Source: Zancudomyces culisetae HAW-14-8
Lineage: Eukaryota; Fungi; Kickxellomycota
DNA length: 64,000 nucleotides
Direction: 5' to 3'
NCBI GenBank assembly: GCA_052426225.1
Contig: JBNJNM010000015.1
Location: forward strand, 1,364,001 to 1,428,000
Shown: in pieces, positions 39,028-49,667 of the stretch
Numbering within the stretch: position 1 is the first letter of the stretch
How the letters are laid out: every line of letters starts with the position of its first letter
The notes under the pieces: model-generated
Told to the model about the DNA's origin: nothing
Databases searched by the model: none
The model's input: the letters and a program-made list of their open reading frames with translations, nothing else
Program-made: the position numbers and the translations under genes

Positions 39028-40085
39028 TTTCAAATATTTGGGCCTATTTATCAAAAGTGAGGCGTAAACCTGTATGTTTATCAAACCTAAATTACTCTTT
39101 GAAAAGGTTCTGTATGTGTGTGTATGTGGTTTATTTTTACAAATCTAGTAGAATTGATGTACCTAATTATAAAGGTAAAATACAAAGACAAAAGATTGAA
39201 AGAATGCAGCCAGAGCTGGAAAATTACAGCAAAGGCTAAGGTTTAGATTCTATATTTGAACCAAAAAAAAAACAAAGAAAAGGCTGGGGGAGGTGAGCGG
39301 AGATTGGAGGAAGGTGGAAGATGAGGGGGAGGGGGAGGGAATCACAATTTAGCACTATCTTTTTTTTTTCTGGTTTTGGTATTTATTGAAAATGACAACC
39401 GATAATCATACCTCCTGCCAAAATACCATCTCAAATTTATTTAACCCGTGCTGAAGGGCTCCCCAATAGATAAAGATCACGCAAATTGTTAAAAGCAAAC
39501 CAGCATAGATGAAAAAAAAAAGGCGAGGTTGAAAGCTGAATCCGACAGATTTTAATATCCATCTGATTGCACTCTGCTTTGAAGTAGTCGAATCGAATCG
39601 AATCAACAAACAGGCTTACACAAGTTAAATGTGTCACAAAGCATACAAAAGCAAATGTCGATATTTTTGGAAATACGCCAAAAATCTCAATCCAAAACTC
39701 ACCTTCCCAATCAACTCATGTTTTTTTATATTGGTGTGCTGGCTCCCTTTCTAGTGTATGTCAAATGTGTTTGGTATATTGACAAGTTTACGAGAAAAAA
39801 GGTAACAATTTACATGCAAAACCAAAACAAGTGGTTCATAGCAAAAGCTGATTGATTAATGAATGCATTAGGATGTTGATAATAATATGGTGTAGTAGCA
39901 ATGTCAAAAAGCGTATAATATAGTGTTCAAATATAGCATAAATGGTGTGAATAAATACAATCAATGCGTGACAACTTTTCATAAAAGAAAACTAGTTAAA
40001 TAGCCCTCACCAAGTCTCTCCCTCCCCCCCTCTCTCCCTCCTCTCATGAAAAAAAAACATAAAAGAAAGGGGTGAAAAATAATAC

Positions 40086-43000
40086 TCAGATACCAGTGGA
40101 TTCGCCCTTATTCTTCTTCATAAAAAATGGTAGAATGGCATTGTTGAGTTTATTAACTACGCCGCCTTTCTTGGATCTCAAACTGACTTCTGATCCTCGT
40201 GTTTGGGAAAAAGCCCTGCTGCTGAGTGCATTGGATTGATCTATATCGGCTTCATCTATAATACCTCTTTCGCTCCCAAGAGAAAAATCAGGCGAATACA
40301 AGGGGCTGCTCATGGTCTGTGTAAAACTAGAAACTGGGTTGTTAAGATTATTTTCGGAAGTTGTATACGCACTTGCAGATGCAGTAAAGTCATTTGATTT
40401 GTTGTGAACCAGCGATAGCAAACTTGCACGAAGTCCGGCGCTGCGTTTGTTGGAAGGATTATGTGTCTGTGTTGAGGCCACTGACCGCAATGGGTTGGTA
40501 CTCCTACTCGCCAAAAGGGATGTTTCATGACCTTCGCCAAAAGAGCGAACACCAGAGATGCTGGTTAGCGCAGAGGGCTCCTTTTTAACCGTGGTCTCAA
40601 CAGATGTGTGGCTAAACTTACCAGAAATGGCTCTCTTTGGAAGCAGATATTTAAGTGCTAGGACCCAGTTGTAGTGCTCTGCATGGCTTCTCGCTTTGAT
40701 TCTAATGTATTTTTTGTCGCTGTATACATAGATACTAAGATTGGTAAAGTCATATGGGTCATTTATTGAGGGGTTGTCTGCGAGAACTCGGAAGTGTTTA
40801 ATGTTTAGCTGCTTGGCAGGAGATTGTTGTGAATCCAGCTTGAAAAGCGCATTGATAAAATTAGACGTTTCAGGCGCGGTGGAATTTGGTGGTTGTTTGG
40901 ACCAGTTGAGCATTTTGGTGTATGGATGGATCCAAAAATAATAAACGTATTTGTCCGAAATAGAATCCAAACTGCCCTGTATAATTTTAGACTTGCTGAG
41001 TTTCAGCAAGTACGAGCCTATCATTGTGTATGAAATTGCCTCAATCACGTGCTTACTAATTTTAGTAAACAACAATGCATCAAGAGGATCACCAGGTCGA
41101 CTAAACACAAGAGTTCTGGCCAATGCCTCAGAGTGGGCGTTCTGCTCGTGCTCTGATTCAGGTGTGTTTTGAGGACTTTTGTTTTCAGAAACTGTGGATT
41201 TTGCGTGGTTCTTGGTGGCAGATTTGTGTGATTTCTTGCTCTTGATTGACTTGGGAATGTGAACCACTCGCGACTCAGCAGGTACTGGATAAGGCTTTTT
41301 GTGGTGTGTATATTCTTTTAGAGGTGCTGTCACGTATTTGGTGGTAGCAAGCGAATGAAGAATTGTGGCTCCATGCTCATCCTCAAAGGTCATGTCATCA
41401 AAATGCTTACTAGTTGTGATAGCTGAATCTTCAGAATTGCTTCTTGACGCTGAATCATGAAGTGATAAATCAGCTGTCCCTATTGCACCTACCCTCCGAA
41501 GAGACTTATGAACATCTTTTTGCGAGGGACGTTTATGGTATGGTGCTGGAAGTAGCCCACTGCTTCGCGATGTCTTTCTAAGAACTTGCAGCTCATCCAT
41601 ATCGCTGTAGTAACAGGTTTCGGCCTCAGCCTCAGCCTCGATCTCAGCTTCAATTTCGACCCTTCGTCGTGCAGACACTGTGTTGTACTTAAGGCTTTCC
41701 CGTCTTCCCCTAAACTCACCAAACAGCCCTGAAATTAATGTGCTCGTAAGTTTGCTCTTTTCCAGCTCGTGTCGCTCAGAGAGTAGCGCATCCATACTAC
41801 CAACGAGTGCCCTCGCATTGCTTTGCTCGGTTTGTCTGATATTATCATTCGACATATCTACACCTTTAGTAGCAATAACTCCACCAAACGCCGCCTCGGC
41901 TCCGCTAGTATCTTCGGTTTGAACACACGCATTCGAAAAATCTAAGGGTATAGTCTGTGTATGAACCTCGCCAACCATGACGTCGTATGTTTGTGTACAA
42001 ACCTCGGTAATTTCTACCTTCTTAGAACTCTCTGTCTGAACGCTCGCTTGAACCATTTCCAGAATATTCTCTGTTTGGGTGCATATGTCAAGGGCTTCAG
42101 TCTTTGTGTTCATACTCTCTGTTTGTATCCCATTGTCCTCGACCTCTGTAACAGATTCGGTTTGAGTAAAGATCTCTGCCGTACATCCAATTTCACTAAG
42201 AGTTTCTGTTTGTATAGATGATTCTGATATCTCTGTAAAAGATTCCGTTTGTATGGACATGTTCTTTGGTTCCAAAGGTTGGTCTGTTTGAGTAAAAGTA
42301 TCTTCAGTATATCCGATCTCGCTAAGAGTTTCGGTTTGTATAGATGATTCGGATATTTCTGTAAAAGATTCCGTTTGCATAGACATGTTGTTTGATTCCA
42401 AAGGTTGGTCTGTTTGAGTAAAGATATCTTCAGTATATCCGATCTCGCTAAGAGTTTCGGTTTGAATAGACATACTCTTTGGTTCTATAGGCTGATCGGT
42501 TTGAGTAAAGACTTCTGTAATGTATCCAATCTCGCTAAGAGTTTCGGTTTGTATAGATATACTCTTTGGTTCCAAAGGTTGGTCTGTTTGAATAGATGAT
42601 TCGGATATTTCTGTAATAAACTCTGTTTGAGTAAAGATATCTTCAGTATATCCGATCTCGCTAAGAGTTTCAGTTTGCATGGACATGTTCTTTGGTTCCA
42701 AAGGTTGATCGGTTTGAGTAAAGATATCTTCAGTATATCCGATCTCGTTAAGAGTTTCGGTTTGTATAGATGATTCGGACATTTCTGTAACAGACTCTGT
42801 TTGAATAAAGACTTCAGTTGTGTATCCAATCTCGCTAAGAGTTTCAGTTTGCATCATCTCATTCACAAATTCAACAAAATCAGTTTGCGTATGCGCTTCG
42901 TTCAAACAGCTAATATCCCTCAAACTTTCTGTCTGCACTGCAAGCTCATCAAGCTGTATCAAAATTTCTGTTTGAATGGACATTTCTTTGCTCTCTGGCT

Positions 43001-46000
43001 GTAACTCTGTTTGGGTACACACCTCAGTTGTGTTTCTTCCGGTTTCCATTTCATCAACCTGTACATGAACTTCCTTATCTGTATCTGTATAGAAATCTGT
43101 CGTGGTTGTTTGAGTACATGAATCGCTTGTTGCTTTATCCAAATGCTCACCCAATGAACGCATGTTAAGATTTCGTTTTGCCACACCCGATTCCAGCTCG
43201 GGTTCTTGATCTTTAAGACACTCATCCTGGTGCTCGAGGCTCAAGTCTATCTGGGTATCTGAATCGTTGCGATCATCAGTAGCCTGGACACCAACGCTAT
43301 TCGATTTTTTGAACTCGCCATTTTCATTTTTGCTAGGTAATGCTGCGTTTTGAAGTTCTGAAGCTAAGCTACTGAATCCATCCGTGTATTGGTAATCATC
43401 ACGTAGCGAGTTTGCCTCCTTTCTATTGAATGTCGCATCGTCAGAAGAACCCATCAGTGGTGTTCTGAACTTATAGTTGTTAGAATCCTGTCCTCTTCTA
43501 AGCCGTTGCATTTTTTGTTTGTACGACTTTATATACCTGTCATCGCTATCTTCAGAGCTTCCTGTTTCGCTTTCGGATGCACTAGAGTGCCTATCGTTGT
43601 TAGATGGGCGCCGTCTACTGGATTTAAACGGTGACGATCCGTATGAAGGCTTTTTCTTGGCCTGAGAAAGTATCCGGCCATTACGATACGCTTTTACCAA
43701 TTCATCATCCTGTAATGATGGTGATCTCAGATTGGGTATATTTTCGTATCCAGCCATACTGTTTGCTTCGTCTTCAATCATACCTCCACCTTGTCTGATT
43801 GCTTGACCAACCGCGTCCAGACCAACCCCGACTTCTAGCTCAGGATGCATTACTTTGATCTCCTCCAGTCGATTCTGTGCTACCTTTAGCAGTCGCTGCA
43901 GATTTGAGGAATAATTTTTTTCTTGCTGATATACCTCTGTCATTTTTTGCAACTTTTCTTGTGTTTCTTTTTGCAGATTATCAGCCTCCATGTGTTGTTG
44001 TGTTTTTTCTAATACAGAAATGTCTGTAACTGAAACATTCGCAAACCCACGAGTTGACTGTCCAGTCTCCCTACCCTTTCGGTGTCCCTGTTTTGTCTGA
44101 TCTTGCTCCAACTTCAACTTAAGAGTTTGAATTTCCTGTGCCATTTCTCGCACTTTATCGCTATGCTGAATACTAGATGTATTTATCTCACTACGAAGAT
44201 TTTCAATATCTCTTTCATAAGCGGTTTGATTATTTTTGTACTTTTTGGTAAGCTCAGCTTCGGTTGCTTTTAGCGCATCTACCTTCTCATTAGCTTGGAC
44301 CAACATATTTGACTTTTTGGCAACCTCGACTTCCGTCCGCTTCAATGTTGCCTCCAACAGCTTGACTTTTGCCTGTAATGCATCATTTTCACTCTGCAAA
44401 TTGTACATTTGTTCGTCCATTAATTCCAGCTGTTCGGCTGCTCTTTTGTATCTTTTTGACTCTACATCCTTTTCAAGTAGAAGCGTTTGAAGCTCATCAG
44501 CCTTGTCATTGGTTTCTATGCCTCTATCAATTAGTGCCAAATCAAACTTCTCCACTTTTTCTATCAAATCTCTCCCCATCTCTGTAGCCTTAATAAGCAT
44601 TGACATCATCTCAAAGTGTTTCCAATCTGTTTTTTCGTGAACATCCAATCCCACATCCCCATTTTCGTCCTCGAATCGCAGCAAGGTTGTTGTGTGTGGC
44701 GACGTCATTCTTCTATTTATCTTGTCTCTTCTACTAGAAAGACTGTCAAGTTCTCTGCCTTTAAAACCATTATTACTCTTTGGTGTTACATTAACACTAA
44801 ATAAATCCAATCCCAAAACATCCTCGTCCGTGTTTTTGGAGTAGGCCGAATTATTATTCCCCTTCATTTTTGTCGGTGTTGCCATGCTATTTTTCATGCT
44901 ATCTCCTTCATGTCTCGGGCTTTTAAGATTTAATATCACCTTAAAGTAGTCTTTACGAAACGCTTCAAATTCGCTGACCACCCTTTTTTCGCGGCGCAAG
45001 TCTATCCGTGGCTTTTTCTCCACCTTTGCCTCGCTTACCTCAACCTTTTTGTTTCTTTCCTGCTCTAGAATTGACATTAAATTGTGATTTTGTATGCTTT
45101 TCTCATCGTAAGCTGCCTGCATTTCCTGCAGCCTAGTCAATAACTCTATATTCAACGATTTCCTGCGTGAAAGCGAACCCTGTGTTCCTCCAGGTGTCCC
45201 TTCTGTCGTTTTTGACGTTTTTGTTGGCGTTTTAAAATTGTATGGTACTTCTTCTCCGATCCGCTCTCGCTTTTGAGCTGTATTGTCACCCATTCCTGAG
45301 TTAGTAGCTTTTTCTATCTGTTTTTCATTTTCCGTCTCTATTTCTGTCTCTATATCCGTCTGAAGCATACTATCAATCTCTTCCTCTGTTATATGATCTC
45401 CAAACTCTTCGCTGGACTCTTCATGGCCTCTATCCCCTATACTCAACTCCCTTTTAATTTCCACCGTGCTCTTCTTTTCATCCTCACCGCTATCGTACCC
45501 AGTCGGTACATCATGCTCGCCTCTTCTGATTTCCGTGGATACACTCTCCAAACTTGAACCATTTGACCTCTGGTTTTCGTTTTTACCAAGTACATCCTTT
45601 TGACTCTTATTTGTCTCTACCTTGGTGACTTTTCTCTTTCCCTCTACGCCAGTGACATTTAAACCCTCCCTTACTAGATCTCCTTTTGTTGAAAATAGGC
45701 TGGTTTTGCTGGACTCCGAATCTCTAGTGCCACTTCCTCCATATTGCTTTTTCTGCGACTGCCTCAGATAAGGAAATTTAGATTTATTCGTCTTAGCAAT
45801 CAGCTTTTCTCTACACGCCTCACACCGCATAATATGCATTATACGTCTATCTGTATTTTGCGTTAAAAGTAACATCGATTTAACATCCTCCGCGTTATCC
45901 TTGTCCTTTGATTTTGACACGCTCGCATTCGAGCTCGAGGAAACAGACTTTTTTAGTTTTTGTTTCGGTCTTCCTCCGCTCACTTCAGCACTCCTATCCT

Positions 46001-46025
46001 TCTCCCTTCTTGGTTTCTTGACCAT
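40086..46025 (-). CDS. NUM1: Num1/ApsA/Mcp5-like cortical dynein-anchoring protein (coiled coil + QT-repeat region + C-terminal PH domain)
   Basis: Mcp5/Num1-type PH signature VIEAISYTMIGSYLLK…YYFWIHPYTKMLNWSKQPP…IRIKARSHAEHYNWVLALKYLL; long coiled coil at about aa 470-730. Confidence 0.75.
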   Translation of the reverse strand: MVKKPRREKDRSAEVSGGRPKQKLKKSVSSSSNASVSKSKDKDNAEDVKSMLLLTQNTDRRIMHIMRCEACREKLIAKTNKSKFPYLRQSQKKQYGGSGTRDSESSKTSLFSTKGDLVREGLNVTGVEGKRKVTKVETNKSQKDVLGKNENQRSNGSSLESVSTEIRRGEHDVPTGYDSGEDEKKSTVEIKRELSIGDRGHEESSEEFGDHITEEEIDSMLQTDIETEIETENEKQIEKATNSGMGDNTAQKRERIGEEVPYNFKTPTKTSKTTEGTPGGTQGSLSRRKSLNIELLTRLQEMQAAYDEKSIQNHNLMSILEQERNKKVEVSEAKVEKKPRIDLRREKRVVSEFEAFRKDYFKVILNLKSPRHEGDSMKNSMATPTKMKGNNNSAYSKNTDEDVLGLDLFSVNVTPKSNNGFKGRELDSLSSRRDKINRRMTSPHTTTLLRFEDENGDVGLDVHEKTDWKHFEMMSMLIKATEMGRDLIEKVEKFDLALIDRGIETNDKADELQTLLLEKDVESKRYKRAAEQLELMDEQMYNLQSENDALQAKVKLLEATLKRTEVEVAKKSNMLVQANEKVDALKATEAELTKKYKNNQTAYERDIENLRSEINTSSIQHSDKVREMAQEIQTLKLKLEQDQTKQGHRKGRETGQSTRGFANVSVTDISVLEKTQQHMEADNLQKETQEKLQKMTEVYQQEKNYSSNLQRLLKVAQNRLEEIKVMHPELEVGVGLDAVGQAIRQGGGMIEDEANSMAGYENIPNLRSPSLQDDELVKAYRNGRILSQAKKKPSYGSSPFKSSRRRPSNNDRHSSASESETGSSEDSDDRYIKSYKQKMQRLRRGQDSNNYKFRTPLMGSSDDATFNRKEANSLRDDYQYTDGFSSLASELQNAALPSKNENGEFKKSNSVGVQATDDRNDSDTQIDLSLEHQDECLKDQEPELESGVAKRNLNMRSLGEHLDKATSDSCTQTTTTDFYTDTDKEVHVQVDEMETGRNTTEVCTQTELQPESKEMSIQTEILIQLDELAVQTESLRDISCLNEAHTQTDFVEFVNEMMQTETLSEIGYTTEVFIQTESVTEMSESSIQTETLNEIGYTEDIFTQTDQPLEPKNMSMQTETLSEIGYTEDIFTQTEFITEISESSIQTDQPLEPKSISIQTETLSEIGYITEVFTQTDQPIEPKSMSIQTETLSEIGYTEDIFTQTDQPLESNNMSMQTESFTEISESSIQTETLSEIGYTEDTFTQTDQPLEPKNMSIQTESFTEISESSIQTETLSEIGCTAEIFTQTESVTEVEDNGIQTESMNTKTEALDICTQTENILEMVQASVQTESSKKVEITEVCTQTYDVMVGEVHTQTIPLDFSNACVQTEDTSGAEAAFGGVIATKGVDMSNDNIRQTEQSNARALVGSMDALLSERHELEKSKLTSTLISGLFGEFRGRRESLKYNTVSARRRVEIEAEIEAEAEAETCYYSDMDELQVLRKTSRSSGLLPAPYHKRPSQKDVHKSLRRVGAIGTADLSLHDSASRSNSEDSAITTSKHFDDMTFEDEHGATILHSLATTKYVTAPLKEYTHHKKPYPVPAESRVVHIPKSIKSKKSHKSATKNHAKSTVSENKSPQNTPESEHEQNAHSEALARTLVFSRPGDPLDALLFTKISKHVIEAISYTMIGSYLLKLSKSKIIQGSLDSISDKYVYYFWIHPYTKMLNWSKQPPNSTAPETSNFINALFKLDSQQSPAKQLNIKHFRVLADNPSINDPYDFTNLSIYVYSDKKYIRIKARSHAEHYNWVLALKYLLPKRAISGKFSHTSVETTVKKEPSALTSISGVRSFGEGHETSLLASRSTNPLRSVASTQTHNPSNKRSAGLRASLLSLVHNKSNDFTASASAYTTSENNLNNPVSSFTQTMSSPLYSPDFSLGSERGIIDEADIDQSNALSSRAFSQTRGSEVSLRSKKGGVVNKLNNAILPFFMKKNKGESTGI
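42120..42845 (-). repeat. Intragenic coding minisatellite: 17 units of 48 or 39 nt, each ending in QT codons
   Basis: 7 x 48 nt + 10 x 39 nt = 726 nt; recurring DNA words ctcgctaagagtttcggtttg and ttggttccaaaggttg on the + strand. Confidence 0.92.
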
Positions 46026-47877
46026 ATCTAAGCTTTCTTTTTTATATTGGCCTGTTTGTATAGCGTATTAGGTAATATATATAGTTTTAGCTGTCTTGTT
46101 TTAGTTTAGTATTTGTGTTTTACAATTTCGTATTCTTCCTAATACCATTCCCTTTAAGTTAATTAAATGTCTTAGACCACCATTCTACGATGAGTGTAAG
46201 AGTAATTCAACACAGAAATAAATAAAGCGTGAAAATCAAAATTATATCTCTTCTTGCTTTTGCATTAGCATATGTAGCCCAAACTTTGTAGATTTTGTCA
46301 CAATAACACTTCAATGCGTGTGAAATTGTTTGTGGTAGCTGGTACGTCACTTTTACTTGAAGCTAGGACAAATTTGCTTATCCTATTATTGTTTATAAAT
46401 TGAATGAGTTTTTTAAAAGTACTTTTGTTTTTGCCCAGTATTTTGTTTTTCCCCCGAACTTTGGTATCGGATACTTTTCAATCACCCGCTGATTTTTTTT
46501 ATATTATCTCGATATTCGGTTCTTAATCCTATGGCAAAAAAAGAATATAAGAAATAGAACGACTAATTCTCAAGCCAGATTTTTGCCCGTTTAACCGTAA
46601 AAATTTCCTGTCGCGTGTATATCTATTACACGATTTTTTGTCTTTGTTTGATTATAATATATTGTAGAAATTTATCTCGGTAAATTCTAGAGATCTCTAT
46701 TATGCATTTACGTGTTCTAGATACAGATATTGATATATCTTTTTTGCATGAAAAAAAAAATTCGTCGGTCTCATTTATTTTGAACAAATTTTGTATCTTT
46801 TAGTAATCATTTATTAGCGAACTTGCAAGAAGAAAAAAAGCAATGGTAATTATTGCTTTATATTGTTTTGTTTTTTTTCTATTTGCTGGTATGGCCATAT
46901 AATCTTTTGTTTAATCGAATGGATTTAGGCATTATTGTTGCAAATGAAAAGGTCACTTGATGGAAATGAGTCTTATTATTCTGGATTATACTGCAGAAAG
47001 AGAGGTGGATTTTGCATTGGTTATGGTGGCTTCCTTGTTTTGACTTTAGGGCCTTGTTGTTCAAACACATCCAAATATTTCTGTTTTCGCCAATTTATTA
47101 AAAAGCTGATAATGCGCATACCAATTACAAACTTGCTAACAAAGAAAAAAGTTAAAACTTATTCCAAAGCAAAACAAACGATATGCTCAAGTTTTCGTTT
47201 TGTCCTCTTCACTAATAGTGGATTTGTCTGTTTTTACGTAATTTATCGGTAATCTATGAACACAAAAACAATAAAAAAATTTTTCAAAGACGATTTAATG
47301 ATGTTAGGGGGTAAGCTGGTGCATCTTTTTTTTTTTTGTCTTGTTTCTCTATATATTTTTTTTGCATTATACCACTTGGCTTTGCTTTCTTTTCAGATTG
47401 ATTGCCACTATTTTTTTGGAGTTTTACTTTTGCCGGGTAGAGGTTATGACCTCAATGTAATTATGCGCTAATTGTGTTCATAATTTCTAAAAACTCGTAT
47501 AGTGCCTGATTTTCTTGTCTGGTACCATGACTATTTAGAAAGTTGCTCAAATCAAATAATATGTTGTATATATATTGCTGATTTGAGTTACATATAAATC
47601 CAAAAATAACTGCAACTTGATACTGTATATTGTTTTTGCCTTTTAAAAAAGCTCATCTTTATTTGCTCTTAGCAGTCCAGTTCAAAATACGAAACTATGT
47701 TCCCTTTAAATTCAATTCTTTGTTTCCCTTCTCCAACCACATTTTCACATAAAATAACACAATGACAAAAAGAAAACAAAACTAATCATGCTTTACTTGT
47801 CCTTGTCCTACATCTTTTCTAATTTCCCTGAGTTAAACTCTTTTCTTTTTTTTCGCTGAGTATTACTACCCTCCCCT

Positions 47878-47926
47878 TTTCACCTTTCACCTTTCACCTT
47901 TCACCTTTCACCTTTCACCTTTCACC
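47878..47926. repeat. (TTTCACC)7 perfect heptamer repeat
   Basis: Seven consecutive copies counted. Confidence 0.93.
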
Positions 47927-48407
47927 TCTGTTATCTGTAATCCGTGGGTTCAAATTAGTACGCCTTACTTTTCTTGAATGTAGTGTGTCTTTTTCTCAGC
48001 TATGCTCAGAACCACAGGATTTCAGTACTGCTTTTATTGCACAACACTCAACATTCAGTGCCTAATACCTCACCACCTTTGATGTTGGATAGATGTGTAT
48101 CCGCTTTTATTTAACCACTTTTACTGTTACCCATGTTATCACTTTACCAGTCCGGCACAATACACAATTCTACTCTTCAATACATATTCTCTCCCTACCC
48201 CTCCCTTCTTTTCTTTCACTAACTTTAGACACTCATAAAAAAACTATATCCCCATAACCACTTTACATGTTTCAACACATTTCGCTCTTTTTATTCATTT
48301 TTTGAATATGCTAATCACCCCCCCTTTAAAAAAACATATGCACAAGTTTATACACTAATACTAAAAGAAGAAAAAATAAATATAAATCAATTTTCATTAC
48401 TCAGGCT

Positions 48408-49667
48408 TCAATAATTAGCCAAACCAGCCATTTTCAGGACACAATTTGATTGACATCCCTTTCCACAATGCAAGTCTGTGTTGCCACAAAATCCATACGC
48501 GCTGCAGCATGCACCAGTAGGACACTGTCTGTTGTCTGGTGTTTCCCTTCCACACTGGACAGCACTGTTTGGTGGGAGAGGTGGCGCTGTTCCTGCATCT
48601 AAACAAATCAAGGATCCTGCTCTTAAGCTACCACATCCTCCCCACCCTGAGTTTGACTTGTTGAATTTTTCAAGATCATCTATTGTGATTCCAAAATCCT
48701 GTGAAATCAAGTAGCACGTATCCCCGAGCTCCACCCTATATAACGTGCAACCTCCTGGACTCGATCCTGCGGCTTGTTGTTGCTGAGGTTGCTGAGGTTG
48801 TTGCTGTTGCTGAGGTTGTTGCTGTTGCTGAGGTTGTTGAGGTTGTTGAGGTTGTTGAGGTTGTTGAGGTTGCTGAGGTTGTTGAGGTTGTTGCTGTTGC
48901 TGGGGTTGTTGCTGGGGTTGTTGTTGCTGGGGTTGTTGTTGCTGAGGTTTTTGTTGTTGTTGTTGTTGCTGAGGCTGTTGTTGTTGTTGTTGTTGCTGGG
49001 GTTGTTGCTGGGGTTGCTGAGGTTGCTGGGGTTGTTGCTGGGGTTGCTGAGGTTGCTGGGGTTGTTGCTGGGGTTGCTGAGGTTGCTGAGGTTGCTGAGG
49101 TTGTTGTTGTTGCCTAGCTTGCTGAGGCTGTTGTTGGCCAGGAACAGCCGCCTGCGGTGCTGCCTGTTGTTGCATCATATCAAGTGAACCTCCCTGCGCA
49201 CCAATTTCATGTGCATCAAAATATGCACGACGCATTAGTGGTTCTTCTCCTTCGTGTACTTCGACTTGATCATATTCATCGGCGTTGTCGTGTACAATAG
49301 GAGTATTCTCTCCACCTTTTGTGTGGTAATCAGCATTAACATCAATACCACCATTATTATCTTCATCCTTGTACTCGTCATGGTTGAGAGCATCTTGATT
49401 ATATTGAAACGATGCCGTCTCCATTACTTCATTTATTTTGTTTGTTTCTTCAGATGGTAAAATGGTTTTCAATTGCGGCTCTTTGTGCGGAGCTTTTGAT
49501 TTTATTGGCATGACACGTTCGGCATCCTTGGCAATAGAGCCAATATCTCTGAGGTAAAGTCCCATTTGCTGATGTGACGCGTTTTCGTTCTGTTTACCCA
49601 AAAAGCCTTCTCCTATGGGATTCGCACTTAGTAATGGTAGAAAGCAAGATAAAATCAGTAATCTCAT
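48408..49667 (-). CDS. Secreted chitin-binding protein: signal peptide, acidic pro-region, Q/P repeat, LysM, hevein (CBM18); ~419 aa
   Basis: ATG at 49667 gives [17 protein letters not shown]. Lys[31 protein letters not shown]…[12 protein letters not shown]. Eight-Cys hevein QCG…[28 protein letters not shown]. Confidence 0.9.
   Translation of the reverse strand: MRLLILSCFLPLLSANPIGEGFLGKQNENASHQQMGLYLRDIGSIAKDAERVMPIKSKAPHKEPQLKTILPSEETNKINEVMETASFQYNQDALNHDEYKDEDNNGGIDVNADYHTKGGENTPIVHDNADEYDQVEVHEGEEPLMRRAYFDAHEIGAQGGSLDMMQQQAAPQAAVPGQQQPQQARQQQQPQQPQQPQQPQQQPQQPQQPQQQPQQPQQPQQQPQQQQQQQQPQQQQQQQKPQQQQPQQQQPQQQPQQQQQPQQPQQPQQPQQPQQPQQPQQQQQPQQQQQPQQPQQQQAAGSSPGGCTLYRVELGDTCYLISQDFGITIDDLEKFNKSNSGWGGCGSLRAGSLICLDAGTAPPLPPNSAVQCGRETPDNRQCPTGACCSAYGFCGNTDLHCGKGCQSNCVLKMAGLANY
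48773..49175 (-). repeat. Coding (CAA/CAG/CCT)n repeat encoding QQP/QQQP
   Basis: About 130 codons almost entirely Gln/Pro. Confidence 0.95.

Noticed and set aside
42120-42845. Repeat array as CRISPR or transposon
   Set aside because: In-frame coding repeats without unique spacers; eukaryotic context; no cas or transposase gene.
46879-47500. Short ORFs and splice-like signals between NUM1 and the LysM gene
   Set aside because: No consistent in-frame exon chain or recognisable product could be assembled.
48701-49187. Plus-strand ORFs rich in Val/Ala/Glu or Leu/Arg
   Set aside because: Antisense shadows of the QQP repeat.
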